Source: Octopus vulgaris (taxonomy: Eukaryota). Taken from it: 64,000 nucleotides of DNA. The stretch covers positions 87,482,001-87,546,000 of the forward strand of contig OX597820.1 of assembly GCA_951406725.2 (NCBI GenBank), read 5' to 3'. The notes below the pieces were generated by a model, which searched no databases, was not told where the DNA came from, and worked only from the letters and a program-made list of their open reading frames with translations. A program made the position numbers and the translations under genes. Shown here piece by piece: positions 51,724 through 64,000 of the stretch (the first letter of the stretch is position 1; each line of letters opens with the position of its first letter).

Positions 51724-52809
51724 TACATAGAAGTAAATATATGGCACAACGAAGTACCGATATTTACTGGAAATAGTGAACGTAATAATACGACACTAAT
51801 GTATAGCTTCACCGCGTATGTACTAGCAAAAATGCGTGAAAAAAATTGTCTTACCTCCAGGGAGAACATCTGAAAATGAAATACCTAGAAAAGGATAATG
51901 TGGGACCGGAGCCGGTTTCAGATCTTTCAAGATATGCCTCCACACATATACTTGATCTATCTTCATCAGCCAAACATATACCACGACAACATTTCAGATG
52001 TTACAACATTAATGCCAATACACTTGACTGAAACGCCAAACCGCTAACAGAACGAGAACAGTGAAGAAGCTTCAATAAAATTAGTAATGCAATACGAAAG
52101 TATTGCTTTCCAGTAAAGAATAGCCCGCGAGGGAAAATTATACATAGAAGTAAATATATGGCACAACGAAGTACCGATATTTACTGGAAATAGCGAACGT
52201 AATAATACGACGCTAATGTATAGCTTTGCTGCGTATGTACTAGCAAAAATGCGTGAGTGCAACAAACTTGAAAAAAATTGTCTTACCTCCAGGGAGAACA
52301 TCTGAAAGATGAAATACCTAGAAAAGGATAATGTGGGACCGGAGCCGGTTTCAGATTTTTCAAGATATGCCTCCACACATATACTTGATCTATCTTCATC
52401 AGCCAAACATATACCACGACAACATTTCAGATGTTACTACATTAATGCCAATACACTCGACTGAAACGCCGAAACACTAACAGAACGAGAATGGTGAAGA
52501 AGCTTCAATAAAATTAGTAATGCAATACGAAAGTATTGCTTTCCAGTAAAGAATAGCCCGCGAGGGAAAATTATACATAGAAGTAAATATATGGCACAAC
52601 GAAGTACCGATATTTTCAAGTTTGTTGCACTCACACATTTTTGCTAGTACCTACGTGGTGAAACTATACATTAGCGTCGTATTATTACCTTCGCTATTTC
52701 CAGTAAATATCGGTACTTCGTTGTGCCATATATTTACTTCTATGTATAATTTTCCCTCGCCGGCTATTCTTTACTGGAAAGCAATACTTTCGTATTGAAT
52801 TACTGATTT

Positions 52810-52812
<3 letters not shown>
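51724..52812. repeat. Tandem 417/433-bp repeat ending in a 200-bp inverted copy (foldback element)
   Basis: Unit marker TACATAGAAGTAAATATATGG at 51724, 52141 and 52574. Positions 52613-52812 are the reverse complement of about 52076-52273. (TA)n tracts flank both sides. Confidence 0.9.
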
Positions 52813-52851
<39 letters not shown>

Positions 52852-52854
52852 CAT

Positions 52855-54148
52855 AGACAAATGAATTATCTTATTACGGATAATTCGAAAGATAACCGAT
52901 ACCTGGGTAGCAAACTAACAACAGAAAGGGCACGGTTGAAGTTACGACCATAGGGCATAAAATCCGTGCCTTAGTGCGGAAATTTGAAGTTTTTTATATT
53001 AAGTATAGGAAAGAATGGAGCTGAACGAAGATTTAACAAAATTCCTTTATTTTATTTTCGACATATGTTTCGAAGTCTGCAAAGCCCCTAATTCCTAGTG
53101 AGTAAGGAGTCCATTATGCAGCTTTCTCTTCAGGAAAATCCAGGAACTTAAATCTCCAACAAAATGCACAACAAGCTTTTCGACGACTGCTCACGAGGAG
53201 CCCATAAAAATAATGATAAATAATGTCTATTTATAGGGGTTGACGCCAGGTTGGATGAAAGCAGAAGAAATTGTCCGTTGACATAGTTCAAGGGCAGAAT
53301 CAAGGTACGAAAAGGAAGGTATAGGAAACTTAAAGAGAGTGAATGTATTCTGTATGATTGGTGTTTATATTTGATTTATTTTATGAATGAGTGCTCGGAT
53401 GTATGAGTGTGTAAAATTGCCTTAATGTGTGTGTGTGTGCGCGTCATTGAATGCGTGAAAGTGTGTGGAAGGCAGAGAGAGAGAGATAGCAAGAATTAAC
53501 GGTCAAGAACTGAAAAGACTGTGTCTGTGTATTCGAATGTGACAACTTAATAGGGAGAGGGCGGCCACAATAGCAATGACAAGATACAAGGTTACTGTTG
53601 GGATTGGTAGTAGTTCTTGGCGACTATGAGAAAGTCTTTTATACTAAAAGGGATGAGATATCACCTTTCAAATTTTTTTAGGAAATCCAGGGGTTATTTA
53701 TATTAGACTTCATTGGTATGAGAGAAAGGTATGCTTTTTCCAGTGAAGGCATCTGAAAGAACTCTCCACAATCGAGTTTATTAGTCGGCCTCGGGCAAAC
53801 AGAATATGAAAGAGTTCGGAATTACATAGGGCACAGATTTTTTTGCCCTTATCAAACGGTAAAGACACCGATAATATTGACCATTCCAGCCTAAAAGTTG
53901 AATTCACATTCTTCAAACTCCAGACTAATTTGCTTAGCCCAGTGGAGTGTTGTTTCTTTTTATCCCTAAATGTGGAAAAATGGTTCAATATTCTTGTGGC
54001 TAATTTAGATGAGGTAGCGCCGATATAAAGCTTTAAAATGCTTATATTATTATATTATTATCTTGGATATAACTTTCTATGTGTATTCCAGAAAATAAGG
54101 TTGTCCTGAAATAGGAGTTGTGGTTCTATTGGTAAAATCCAAAATTTG

Positions 54149-54150
<2 letters not shown>
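52855..54150 (-). mobile_element. Penelope-like element 3' portion (GIY-YIG endonuclease remnant at 53710-54040 plus pLTR)
   Basis: Minus-strand KLYIGATSSKLATRILNHFSTF...STGLSKLVWSLK...WSIL...CALCNSE...IN...E...RCLH. A hammerhead lies downstream on the same strand, and (TA)n tracts flank both sides. Confidence 0.85.
53054..53139 (-). ncRNA. Type I hammerhead ribozyme with an intact core and extended stem II
   Basis: Reverse complement reads AUUUUC-CUGAAGA-GAA(AG)CUGCA[35 nt]UGCAG(AC)UUC-GAAA-C(AUAU)G-UC-GAAAAU. Predicted cleavage follows the C at 53060. Confidence 0.85.
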
Positions 54151-54192
<42 letters not shown>

Positions 54193-54829
54193 GTGTGTGT
54201 GCATAAAGAGAGCATGATGAGAGAGAAGAGAGATCTTTAATATATTTACTAGAACCTGAAACTACATAAGAATGATACTTTTGTGGAACATTCCATTACT
54301 ATACACTGTCACAGACTTCAAGACTACCACTGAATTAATATTTATATTATAAGAATACAAAGCATTATTCTTAAAGGAACTTACTTTCTTAGAAGTGTCA
54401 GGTTCATTCATCCTGAAATTTATCTAAAGATAATAGAACTTCCTCTATTTTTGCTTTCATTGCCATAAACCCTTATATGCACATACTTTCTACACTGTAT
54501 GTAGTGTAAATCAATATATTATATTATCAAAATTGGTTGGATAGCTTTATGGAATATAAGGCTTGGCTGCATTAGAATTTACATTATAAGCTGGCGGAAT
54601 ATTTGATTATATATCATGTTCTGAAAATCCTATATTATTGAACATACTGTTTATTATCTCAAAAAAAAAAAAAAAATCCTGATAATTTTTGGAGTAGCTA
54701 TTTAAGTTATGTATAGATGCTGTAAAAGATATATGGCCGTCATGTACTGTGAAACTTAAATGAATATAGTTGACACAAAATATTTACAAAGTTGTGAAAG
54801 CAAACACCATGAATTACACAGTCAAAATT

Positions 54830-55290
54830 TTGAATTTCTTTTTTGTCTTTGGTCAGTAAGTGTTATTTCCTTTTTACTTCTATCTAGAAATTAAAGGAAA
54901 TTATTACTATTCACTTCAAACTTTCTTTTGTGACCTGGATATCAATGTTTTCAAACTGACCTATTTTCCATTACATTTCAGACAGATTCAACATTGAGTT
55001 GTTGATGCAAAAATATCATTATAGCAAATATCCTGCTTAATACTACAGATTTGCTTGACCTTAACCACTTGAGCATGTCCCTTAGTGGCTGATAATATGT
55101 GCATCTCTGATCATGAGCAAGAGTGGTGTGAGAGCATCACAGCCATCTATTGAGAGGGATTTTGTGGGGTCTGAATAAATGTAACAAAAGCAAAGTTTGA
55201 AGGAAATATTAGCCATTTTCCATACTTTCTAGGGGTAAGCAAATGGGAAATAACAGCTACTACCGAAGAACAAAAATCATATTACACAGT
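54830..55290 (-). mobile_element. Second copy of the 6095-6565 element
   Basis: Reverse-complement similarity along its length. Confidence 0.7.
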
Positions 55291-55302
55291 CAATATTATT
55301 AA

Positions 55303-55830
55303 TCTTATACATAAATGACAATTTCTGTCTGTCAATCTGTCTGTAACCCTCTTGCTGCCTACACCAGTGGAATAATTTTGACGAAGCTTTGCATACATAT
55401 TAAACTAACATCTAGTTCAATTATAGGCTACTTGGATTTCAATAAAAATCTATAATGGGCCCCCAAGTGGGGTTAGGCTATTATTTGATAAAATGAGAAG
55501 GGTGCAAAGAGCATTAGTGTGAGGGAAATGTGGTGGCATAGTGAGTGTGTCTGATATCAGGGAAGGGGAGAACAGTGGAGTGTAAGTGACAAATATGAAG
55601 TGCCAGTGGGATGGGAACATTAATATAGCTGTCATTCACTGATACACACACAACACTGCATACATACTTTCGTAAATACATAGATACATGCACACACACA
55701 CACACACACACACAATACACACACACACAATACACACACACACACATGCATATACACACAACTAACTTTTAAAATGCCAAGGAAAGGAAAGAAAGGTGGG
55801 TGTGAGGAATATGCAACACTACTGGTATAT
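55303..55830 (+). mobile_element. Probable non-autonomous Helitron-like element
   Basis: A|TCTTATACATAAA start followed by a (TCTG) tract and attttgacgaagctttgcatac. The 3' end is unclear. Confidence 0.4.
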
Positions 55831-56039
55831 TACCTATATTTAACCATGGACATACATATGCGAAAATATTATGTTCATAAGTTATAGGTAAAGACTCATT
55901 CCTTGCTCAAAAATAATAAATAAATGATAATTGATGGAAGTCAATTGTTGTTAATCAGCACTTCTCCATTTTCTATTTATTTTATATTTTTATATAATAT
56001 AATATTATAATATTAGAATGTAAATTATGTTATCACATA

Positions 56040-57181
56040 TTAGAGTGTTCAGAAAGTAATTGTGTTTTTTCATCACTATGAAATAGGAATCAACCACTCA
56101 TATCTGAGCCAAGGTTGAATGATTGGGAACTGTCAAGAAATAGTATATCATCTCTTCTATCAGGTAGTGTGTCATTCATAGATATTTTAGTAATTAACCC
56201 TATGGAGGTTAAGAACTTTATGAAACAGCATATTTGCCAGTGCTTACTGTATGAGTTTCAAAAGAAAAGTACTACTACAGAAGCAATGGAAAACACTTGT
56301 GAATTGTATCTGGATGCAGTGAAAGTTCATACATATCAGCTATGGTTTAAAAGGTTTAAAGACGGTAATTGTGACATATCTAATAAGTCTTATTCTGGAA
56401 GATGACCCACTCTGAATGACGATCTTTTGAATGAGACTATTTTTTTCGGATCCATGTCAAAGCACCAGAGATTTGGTACAAAAATATAATGTACCATGTT
56501 CAACTAGCCATGAACATCTCAAGCAAACTGGAAAATCATGCAAAAAGGGAATTTGGGTGCACTGTAACAGGTGATGGAAAATGGGTTTTGCATCAAACAG
56601 AAAAGGAAAAAGACAATGACTATCATGTAATGAGAGTCAATGCCAACACAAAAGCCAGAACACCATCCACAAAAATCTTTGCTCTGTGTTTAGTAGAACT
56701 ACAGGAACATGGAAGGACCATCAATGCAGATGTCTTTGCCAATAATTTGAATGTGTAATTGGAAAATTATGTCAAAAGTGGCCAGCTATGGTAAACACAA
56801 AAGGTGTTATTCTCCAGAATGACACTGCATGAACACACTCTTCAAACAAACTCAAGAAAAAATAAGATTGTTAGAATGGGAAGTTCTTCTACATCTTCCA
56901 TACTCACCTGACTCAGCATCGATGGATTTCCATCTGTTCTGATCACTAGAACATTTTATAAGAGGCAAAATATTCAGAAACAGAGAGGAAGTTGAAAATA
57001 GTCTTTCAGACATTTTTCAGGAAAAGAAATAGGTTTCTTTGAACGTGACAAAAAAAAAGTTACTTTCTCATTTAACTTCAGTCATTGAAAACTACTTTTC
57101 ATTAAAACTATTCAGATAAACAGTTTACATTCATTTTTATATCCTCTCTGGCAAAAAGCAATTACTTTCCAAACACCCTAA
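56040..57181 (+). mobile_element. Mariner (DD34D-type) element with a decayed transposase
   Basis: TA|TTAGAGTGTTCAGAAAGTAATTG ... CAATTACTTTCCAAACACCCTAA|TA. Motifs WFKRFKDGN, VTGDGKWV and WEVLLHLPYSPD.A..DFHLF. Confidence 0.92.
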
Positions 57182-57298
57182 TATATTGTGATAATACATT
57201 ATAATATATATAATAACCTTTTAAGGCAGTAAGCCAGCTGAGTCATTAGCACACCAGGCAAAATGCTTAGCAGCATTTCATGTCTTTACACTCTGAGT

Positions 57299-57760
57299 GT
57301 AAAGTCAGAAGCTGGCTACCCGCATGGTTCTTGGTCTCAAGCATTTGTCTTATGAAGAAAGGCTGGAGACGCTCGATCATTATTCTCTAGAAAAATGCTG
57401 CCGCCGTGGTGATCTCATTCTCGCTCACAACATCATAAGTGGAAAGTGTAACCTCTCGAAAGAGCTGTTCTTCACTCCTGCTCCAGAGCGTGGGCTGCGG
57501 GGTCACTCTGAAAAGCTTTATCTACGACGATTTCATCTCAATCGAAGGAGAGGGGCTTTCTCCGTCCGGGTTGCAGATCTGTGGAATAAGCTGCCGGACG
57601 AGATAGTGAAGATGCTGACGACCGCTTGGTTCAAAGTCTCTCTTGACCAGAAATGGCCTGAACTCTTTGTATGACCACCCTCCCTGTACATAACTCCCTG
57701 TCCCCCTACATGACCTTGCTTTTGCTTTTTGAGCCAATAAAAATTGAATTGAATTGAATT
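57299..57760 (+). mobile_element. 5'-truncated CR1-group LINE inserted into a family A SINE (57223-57878)
   Basis: GLKHLSYEERLETL..YSLE...RGDLI...GLRGH..KL...FSVRV...WNKLP, then AATAAA and a (GAATT)n tail. GAGT is duplicated at 57295-57298 and 57761-57764. Confidence 0.9.
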
Positions 57761-59239
57761 GAGTTCAAAGTCTGTTGGAGTCAACTTTGCCATTCATCCT
57801 TCTCAAGGTTGATAAAATAATTACCAGCTGAGTACTGAGGACAAACTTGCTGGTCCTGTGCCAAAATTTGAAACCAATACATATAATAAACCTATATACT
57901 ATTATAATATATTATCGCTTATAATATAAATTTCCTAATTTTTTATGCACCCATTGTTTGTCTACCACCAACACTTCACAACTGGTGTTGGTGTGTTTGT
58001 ATCCCTGTAACACAGAAGTTTAGCAAAAAGAGGCTGATAGAATAAATACCAAACCTTTAAAACAAGATAGGTATTGGGGACAATAAGTTTGGCTTAAATT
58101 CTACAAGGTGATACCCTGGCATGGTTGCAGTCTAATGAATGATACAAGTAAAAGATAAAAGGCAAAAAATAAAGTCTATACATTTAAAGTAGATAATTTC
58201 TGTGAAAATTGTGCTCTAATTATGGTAATTTCTGTTAGCATTGTGACCTAATTAGGTTAATGTAAGGGGAAGAAATTAACAAGCTCTGTAATGACGTTTA
58301 CCAATTTATTTACCTCTGTCAGTATTGAATAGATTTTCAGTCTGTGTGCAAAAGGTCAACTGTATGAAATATGTGTAAGGGAGGCAATGTTTTGTAGCAG
58401 TTAGACATTGTATGAAGTAATGAAACATTGTAATAAAGCATTAATTGAGGAAAATCTATAAGATATGGAGCATTGAATAAGGAAGTTCTACAGGACATTT
58501 AGCATTAAATATGTAAGTTCTATGAAATGCATTAAATTTAGAAGTTCTTTTAAGACATGGTGTAGCAAATATGGAAGTTCCATGAGATATTAGGCATTGA
58601 ATGTGGAAGAAGTTTTACGTAACATGGAGCACTGAGTTCAATAGGACATGGAGCACTGAATGTGAAAGTTCAATGAAACCTGAGACATTAACCCTTTAGC
58701 ATCCAGATTATTCTGTCAAATGCAATGTTTATTCATTCACAACCCATGCTAGCATGGAAAGCGGACGTTAAATGAGGATGATGATGATGATGATGATTGT
58801 TTTAAATTAATCTTGTAGCTTCGAGATTTTGATGATGTGAATGATTATTTTTTGGAAGACATTGTAGGTTAGTTTGAGAAGCCAGATCTAGCCAGTTTGA
58901 ACGTAAAACAAGAAGAAAATTCGGACAAGATAAAGCTGGATTAAATTCTAAAGGGTGAAATGCGGATGAGCTGTAAGAGATGAAGCACTCAATGTGGAAG
59001 TTCAACAGATGTTCAAAAGGAAAAAAGTTCATTTTTTTTTCTTCTTCACAATATTTTGGTTTGAAGGAATTCACTGGACCGTTGACCTTCCTGAACCTTT
59101 TGAGACTAAAACTGTGATCTGTTAAAAGTGAAGGGTTACCTGTTTTGAAAGCTGAGAGAGTAACAGGATATCAACCCTTTCATGTCACTACATAAGCTTT
59201 CTTTTATTTTCACAAAAAAACAAAACAAAAAAAAAACAG

Positions 59240-59388
59240 GCTTTGGTGTGTGGTAAGCAGTTTGCTTCCCAACCTAGTTCCAGGTTCAATTCCATAGCAC
59301 CTTCAGTAGGTGTCTTCTATTCTAGGCTCGGCCCAATAAAAGCCCTGTAAGCAGATTGGGTAAATGAAAATCAGAAGAAGCTCATCAT

Positions 59389-59423
<35 letters not shown>

Positions 59424-60430
59424 TTGTCCACCACCACTACTTGGCATCAGGAGTTGGTTTGTTTATGTCCACATAACTTTGCAGTTTGGCAAAAGGGACT
59501 GAAAGAAGTACCACGCTTAAATGAAAATAAATATTAAAAAAAAGGTACTCAAGTCAATTCATTTGACTAAAATTCCTCAAGGCACAGATGTGGTTGTATG
59601 GTAAAAAGCTTGCTTCCCAACCACCCAGTTCTGGGTTCAGTCCTACTGCATGGCATCTTCAGCAAGTGTCTTCTACTATAGCCTCAGACTGATCGAAGCC
59701 TTGTGAGTGGATTTGGTAGACAGAATCTTAAAGAAGCCTGTCACACACACACACACACACATATATGAGTATGTGCCTTTGTATCTGAGTTTGTCCCCAC
59801 CATCACCACTTGACATCCAGTGTGGGTTTGTTTGCATTCCTGTAACTTAGTGCTTCAACAAAAGAGACCAACAGAATAAGTACCAGGCTTAAAAAAAGAA
59901 ATTAAGCACTGGGGTCAATTCATTTGACTAAAAATTCTTGAAGGTGGTGCCCCAGCATGGCCACAGCCTAATGACGGCAACATATATATAATAAAAGGTA
60001 AATGATAAAGAATTTTGAGAGACTCAGTAAATTCCTTTTTTGTTATGGGAGTAGCTGTGTGGTAAGTAGCTTGCTTACCAACCACATGGCTCCGGGTTCA
60101 GTCCCACTGTGTGGCACCTTGGGCAAGTGTCTTCTACTTTAGCCTTGGGTCAACCAATGCCTTGTGAGTGGATTTGGTAGATGGAAACTGAAAGAAGCCT
60201 ATCCTATATATATGTATATATATGTGTGTTTGTCCCCCCAACATCGCTTGACAACTGATGCTGGTTTGTTTATGTCCCCGTAACTTAGCGGTTCGGCAAA
60301 AGAGTCCGATAGAATAAGTACTAGGCTTACAAAGAATAAGTGCTGGGGTCAATTTGCTCGACTAAAGGCAGTGCTCCAGCATGGCCACAGTCAAATGACT
60401 GAAACATGTAAAAGAATAAAAGAGAAAAGA
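59240..60430 (+). mobile_element. Three consecutive same-orientation family B SINEs
   Basis: Heads at about 59240, 59581 and 60048. Confidence 0.85.
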
Positions 60431-61581
60431 GAGTATTCAGAACAAGGCTTACCGAAAGGTTCTTACAAAAAATTATGATGGAATACTTTGTTTTAAATAT
60501 AAACACTTTAATAGTCTTTCATATCTAATATCTTTGTTTTGTTTGTCTTTGGGGCTGTAGTTTGTGTACAGCCTGTATTATGCACAGTATATTGTTTTGC
60601 ATTCTTTGTAGTCATTGCAGTTTGGAGAGATTGAGGTTCCAAGACTGGCATAATGCATAATATATTGTTTGCACAACATTGTAGTGACACCATTTTTGAA
60701 GTCTTCAGCGTGCATGTGCAGAGTTGGATTCTTCCAGGAGGCCTGCCAGATGTTCCCTCATCCGCATGCGCAGAGAACCAGCAGCAGCAAAACTTCCCGC
60801 GTATTGCTCTCTCGAAGCTGACAGCCGAATTGAACAGATACGTTCTCACAGCTATCCCAAGCTGCCACCACATGGCGAATGCTACACTATGCTGAAATGA
60901 GACAGGATTTGGTTCACACCACTTAACTACTGTGACTAGCACCATGGCTACTGGTTCGCCCCGAAGGAAATATATGTATATATATTATTGCGAATCCAGA
61001 AAAATAAAAATATCTATGTTGTTGAAGATATTCGAAGTCTTGGCTTTTCCTTCGACAAATAATTTAATGTAAGGGATGAGACCTGCACCCTTCAAGTGTT
61101 ACAGACCTTTCATCCTGTTACACCATTATGGTAATTTTTCTGTGTCCCAGATGTGGTGAAAGTGCATGGCTTAATGGTTAGGGAATTTGGCTCTCAACTG
61201 TACGGTCGTGAGTTTGATACCTAGCAGTGCATTGTGTTCTTGAGCAAAACCCTTTATTTCACATTGCCCCAGTCCACTCAGCCGGCAAAAATGACTTGTA
61301 CCTGTATTTCAAAGGGCCAGCCTTGTCATATTCTGTGTCATGCAGAATCTGCCTGAGAGTACATGTGTCAGTGGGGTGCTCAGCCATTTGCGTGTTAATT
61401 TCACAAGAAGCCTGTTCCATCGATCAGATCAAGTGGAATGCTTGTTATTGTAACCGATAGAGTGCCAGCTGACCAGTTGTGGTTCCTGTGATTACTCTAA
61501 ATGTGATTTTTGCAACATTTGTTGATGTCAGAGGTAACTGGAATGGTAAACATGGGAGTTTTTTGTTAAGCCATAATATAT

Positions 61582-61805
61582 ATTTCTTTGCTACTCACAA
61601 GGGGCTAAACACAGAGGGGACAAACAAGGACAGACAAACGGATTAAGTCGATTACATCGACCCCAGTACGTAACTGATACTTAATTTATCGACCCCGAAA
61701 GGATGAAAGGCAAAGTCGACCTCGGCGGAATTTGAACCCAGAACATAACGGCAGACGAAATACAGCTACGCATTTCGCCTGGCGTGCTACCGTTTCTGCC
61801 AGCTC
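61582..61805 (-). mobile_element. SINE family A
   Basis: Close match to 7627-7859. Confidence 0.88.
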
Positions 61806-63643
61806 TTAGGTTTGTTATTAGCGTGATAGTTGAGTGTAGAGGTCTGAATCTGCATTGTGATTCGGAGAAGAAAATGGAGAGTTAGTGATAACACTTGATG
61901 AGTTCACCCCCTCCTCAGTTCAGTCTGAACTTACCCATGATGCATTGCATGAAAACCTTCGTTAGTAACCTCGATGATTCATTAAAGGTTAATAATTTTG
62001 CTATGGTGTAAAGGTTTGCATGTCCGAAAATGTTTTTCTGGGAGAACATTTCTTTTTTATAGCTGGCTGAACTTCTCGCTACTAATCACTGTGCCGTAAA
62101 TTAAAGGTGAAACCTTTAATAATATCGTTTCTTAAGTAAATTGAAGAGGACGGAGTTATGTCCCTTGCTTAAGGTTGCAACACAATCACTATCATAAATT
62201 TACGACTGTTGGAAGATGAGCAGAATTGATAGAAGGTCGGCTAAAATACTCGGCGATGTTTAGTTACGTGCTTTTATAACGTAGGTTCAAATTATACCCA
62301 GATCATATTTGTCTTCTATCTTACTGGGACCAATAAAATATGTCGACTAGTTAAGTATTAAGATCAATTTAATGAATGTTAACTTTGAAAGCATTGCCCC
62401 ATCTTGACCACAGTCGAAGTCTGGAGTAGAATATAATATAATAATAAAATGTAATTGCCACACCCTGAGTTACAATCTTCAGGCAATTTTCCTGGTTTCT
62501 TCTCAAGTAACATAGTTGAGGTAATAAGAAAAAAATTAAATGAGAAAAACATTCTCAAAAACATAAATATATAAAACAATGGAAAGTATTGAAATGTATT
62601 TCGTTTGGAAGTTAGTGGGACAGAGACAGTCTATGCTAAAACTCGTGAAATATCTATTATGATTGGTAAAAGAATTCTATGGTCGTGTATAGTTCTAGCA
62701 GCATTCATTTACCCCTGGCATACCATCCACGAGACATATAATTAAAGCTTTTCTCCACATACATTCACACATACATACATGCACATTCATGCATACACAC
62801 TCATACACAAAAGCAAGCACGCACACACACACACACACGCACACACACACATACACACACACGCACACACACATATACACACACACATACATACACACAG
62901 CTCATTTATTATTTGTCATGGATAAATTAAAAGAGAATAGCTGGCAGCATCAATCATAGAACGTAGTTATTGCTAATGAGAATGTGATGAGAAAACAAGA
63001 AAATATACATATCTATGTGTGTGTGTGTGTTTGTTAATGAGCCCGTTGTAAGGCAAATTTTAATAAGGGTTTTGATGGAAGATAATTAAATTCTTTACCA
63101 ACAGAATCATGAAGTTTTAGGAATACAGAATGGCAGAAAATAATATTATATAAAATATCATACAATAACATATGACATCATAATACAGCAAACATTAGCA
63201 TGCCGTAACATATGATACCAGATCATAACAACATATTATACCATACTATAGCATATAATACTATACTATACCATTGTCTATCATACCATAACATCACCAC
63301 CATCCATCCATTTGAGTGATTTGTCCAGACTACTCTTCTACACCAGATGTCCCAACTAAACGATGCAACATAAACATCTGGCCTTTGTTTTAATTACATT
63401 CATCTTATGCTAGCTTATATATCTCATCTGTTTTTATCTCAAATAGATAGTCACAATAGTTCACTAACTCACCTGTGTGACCCTGGCTGTTGACTGTGTA
63501 GCATAGCTAGGTGATATCCTCACTGTTTGAGAGATATATTAGAAATGATCTTGTGTAATATAACGACCATCTTCGGCTATTTTGACCGTGTTGTGTCCAC
63601 TGCTCTGATTAGTTGGCATTGGTGCAGTTTGTCTCTTGACTTA

Positions 63644-64000
63644 TTTCGCACCAGTGTGTAAGCCAACCAATCACGGCCTTCAGATAAGGTCCCATGACAC
63701 AGTCCTTTTGGGGTATCACTGGAGCCCACCTCAGGTTATAAAAGGCGCCAGCAAATCACTATTTCTCGTCTTAGGTTCCAGTCCTTCTCAGGGTTAACCT
63801 CTGACCACAGAGCGACTCAACCATGTTCCAGTAACACTGGTCAGAGGTTAGTCCTGAAAAGGACTGGAACCTAAGACAAGAAATAGTGATTTACTGGTGC
63901 CTTTTATAACCTGAGGTGGGCTCCAGTGAAACCCCAAAAGACTGTGTCATGGGGCCTTATCCGAAGGCCGTGATTGGTTGGCTTACACACTGGCGCGAAA
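63644..64000. repeat. Long inverted repeat (arms 63644-63807 and 63838-64000, 30-nt spacer)
   Basis: The arms are reverse complements with scattered, mostly transition differences. The right arm runs to the window edge. Confidence 0.95.

Noticed and set aside
52120-52180. rRNA fragment (CCGCGAGGGAAA and AAGTACCG resemble LSU rRNA motifs)
   Set aside because: The motifs are short, in the wrong order, and lack flanking rRNA similarity.
62379-62425. Minus-strand exon starting MGQCF (myristoylation-like)
   Set aside because: An acceptor-like CAG is present, but the frame stops after 7 codons and the only donor (GTTAAC) is weak.

Overview
AT-rich, repeat-dominated animal genomic DNA. The SINE families, RTE/CR1/Dong/Penelope content and heavy microsatellite load suggest an Octopus (cephalopod) genome; this is an inference. 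The only clearly intact host gene is a glutathione S-transferase with an intron-free CDS (18540-19202, minus strand, omega-like, CPFC motif). It has a splice acceptor just upstream of the ATG and a probable non-coding first exon and promoter near 26.4 kb. The rest is transposon-derived: tRNA-SINEs, fragments of CR1-, RTE-, R4/Dong-, CRE- and Tx1-type LINEs, Penelope-like elements, Helitrons and a HINE, Tc1/mariner and Merlin remnants, MITEs and a solo LTR. The main points of interest are: (i) hammerhead-ribozyme motifs, one with an intact core and an unusually long stem II beside a Penelope GIY-YIG remnant, plus a three-copy short non-coding family next to (TA)n tracts; (ii) a mirror-symmetric nest of Helitrons around a duplicated GST fragment; (iii) a tandem-plus-foldback 433-bp element with GNRA hairpins; (iv) a 164-bp-arm palindrome with CCAAT and TATA boxes at the window end. 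All calls were made by eye without database searches. Boundaries are approximate unless termini or target-site duplications (TSDs) are quoted.
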